Shown in pieces: positions 63,300 to 64,000 of a stretch of 64,000 nucleotides of DNA. Origin of the DNA: Pelomyxa schiedti. Taxonomy: Eukaryota; Protista; Evosea. The notes under the pieces were generated by a model. That model was not told the origin of the DNA. It was given only the letters and a program-made list of their open reading frames with translations, and searched no databases. The stretch is taken from contig JAHLWZ010000179.1 in the NCBI GenBank assembly GCA_020536535.1, positions 22,095 through 86,094 on the forward strand, written 5' to 3'. A program made the position numbers and the translations under genes. Within the stretch, counting starts at the first letter, position 1; every line of letters begins with the position of its first letter.

Positions 63300-64000
63300 T
63301 ACAACTCGATTATATCACTCAAGCGCCATAAAGAAATCACCCTGGACAATGTTGTGGGCACAACAAATGTAACACAGTAGTGGCATAAGAAGCCAGGCTC
63401 TCCATCACTGAGCGTCCGTTGCTACTGAGGAGGAATTGGGTGTCACCGACCGCGGCAACATAAGTAATGCCAAACGAGTTTCAGTCATCAACGAAAAAAA
63501 CAACATACAAGGAGCAGAGGGCAAGGGCAACCACCGAAACATACCACCGCGGTGGTATGTTTCGGTGGAGAAGGAGATGGGTAGGGTGAGTTCATTGGTG
63601 GGCGTGAGGGTGTGAGGGTAAGGAACTGATGATCAATGTGAGTGCCAACTTTATAAATAACCTAAATGAGTCAAAAATCACCCTGATCACCAGAAGAGAT
63701 GTGTGCTGGTCGAGGTACTCATACTCATTTTTTGAAATTTTTTTGGAACTTGCTGATTTGGATCTTAGCACCTCTGCGTCAGCAGCCACCGGACCTACGG
63801 CTATGCAACGTGTCTTAAAAGGCTCTTAGAATAAGAAATACCAAGAACGAAATGCTGAGCAAAAGCGATGCTAACGTTGATTGTTTTGGTTACGGCCATA
63901 TTAGTTGGTAAACTCCACTTCCCGTCCGATCAGTGAAGATAAACCAACTGAAGCACTGCTAGTACTAGGGTAAGGGATTACCTGGGAGCGCTGTGTGCTG
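63300..64000 (-). CDS. Possible 3' exons of an unidentified gene extending beyond the window
   Basis: Minus-strand open segment KTRCIAVGPVAADAEVLRSKSASSKKISKNEYEYLDQHTSLLVIR followed by GT; splicing pattern unresolved. Confidence 0.25.
63531..63568. repeat. Perfect 38-bp palindrome with no spacer
   Basis: ccaccgaaacataccaccg|cggtggtatgtttcggtgg; the two 19-mers are exact reverse complements. Confidence 0.97.

Overview
This is a very compact, intron-rich eukaryotic window with about 28 protein-coding genes. Most introns are short (~40-60 nt) GT-AG introns, several with a CTAAC-like branch point, and 5' exons are GC-rich and low-complexity. BBS2 implies a flagellum, and an Entamoeba-TMK-like receptor kinase is present; together with the gene style these suggest a flagellated amoebozoan of the Archamoebae/Pelomyxa type (inference). 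Recognisable genes: RING-H2 ligase, SWI3/SMARCC, PI3K-like kinase, CK1-like kinase, CPBP/Abi-like membrane protein, WS/DGAT, Nup98-like, a clathrin heavy-chain N-terminal propeller-only protein, Rab5-like GTPase, BBS2, MEIOB/RPA1-like, KynB, LRRC40-like, CCHCR1-like, PAN2, receptor kinase, RING-TPR, MAPK-like, STE20-like pseudokinase, Myb/AT-hook protein, KHDC4-like, CBS protein, CCZ1-like, proteasome beta-6 and an ankyrin RasGEF. I saw no rRNA, tRNA, CRISPR or recognisable transposon. The most unusual items are (1) a stand-alone clathrin terminal domain next to an apparently N-acylated, unprenylated Rab5-like GTPase and BBS2; (2) a Nup98 that stops exactly at the HF autocleavage site; (3) an 84-bp-arm fold-back built from coiled-coil coding repeats that overlaps a kinase stop codon; (4) H-type-lectin-like domains in a RasGEF; (5) a 38-bp perfect palindrome; (6) a PAN2 start codon apparently split by an intron. 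Exon boundaries were read by eye, so CDS spans include introns and some ends are approximate. Family assignments come from remembered motifs, not database searches.
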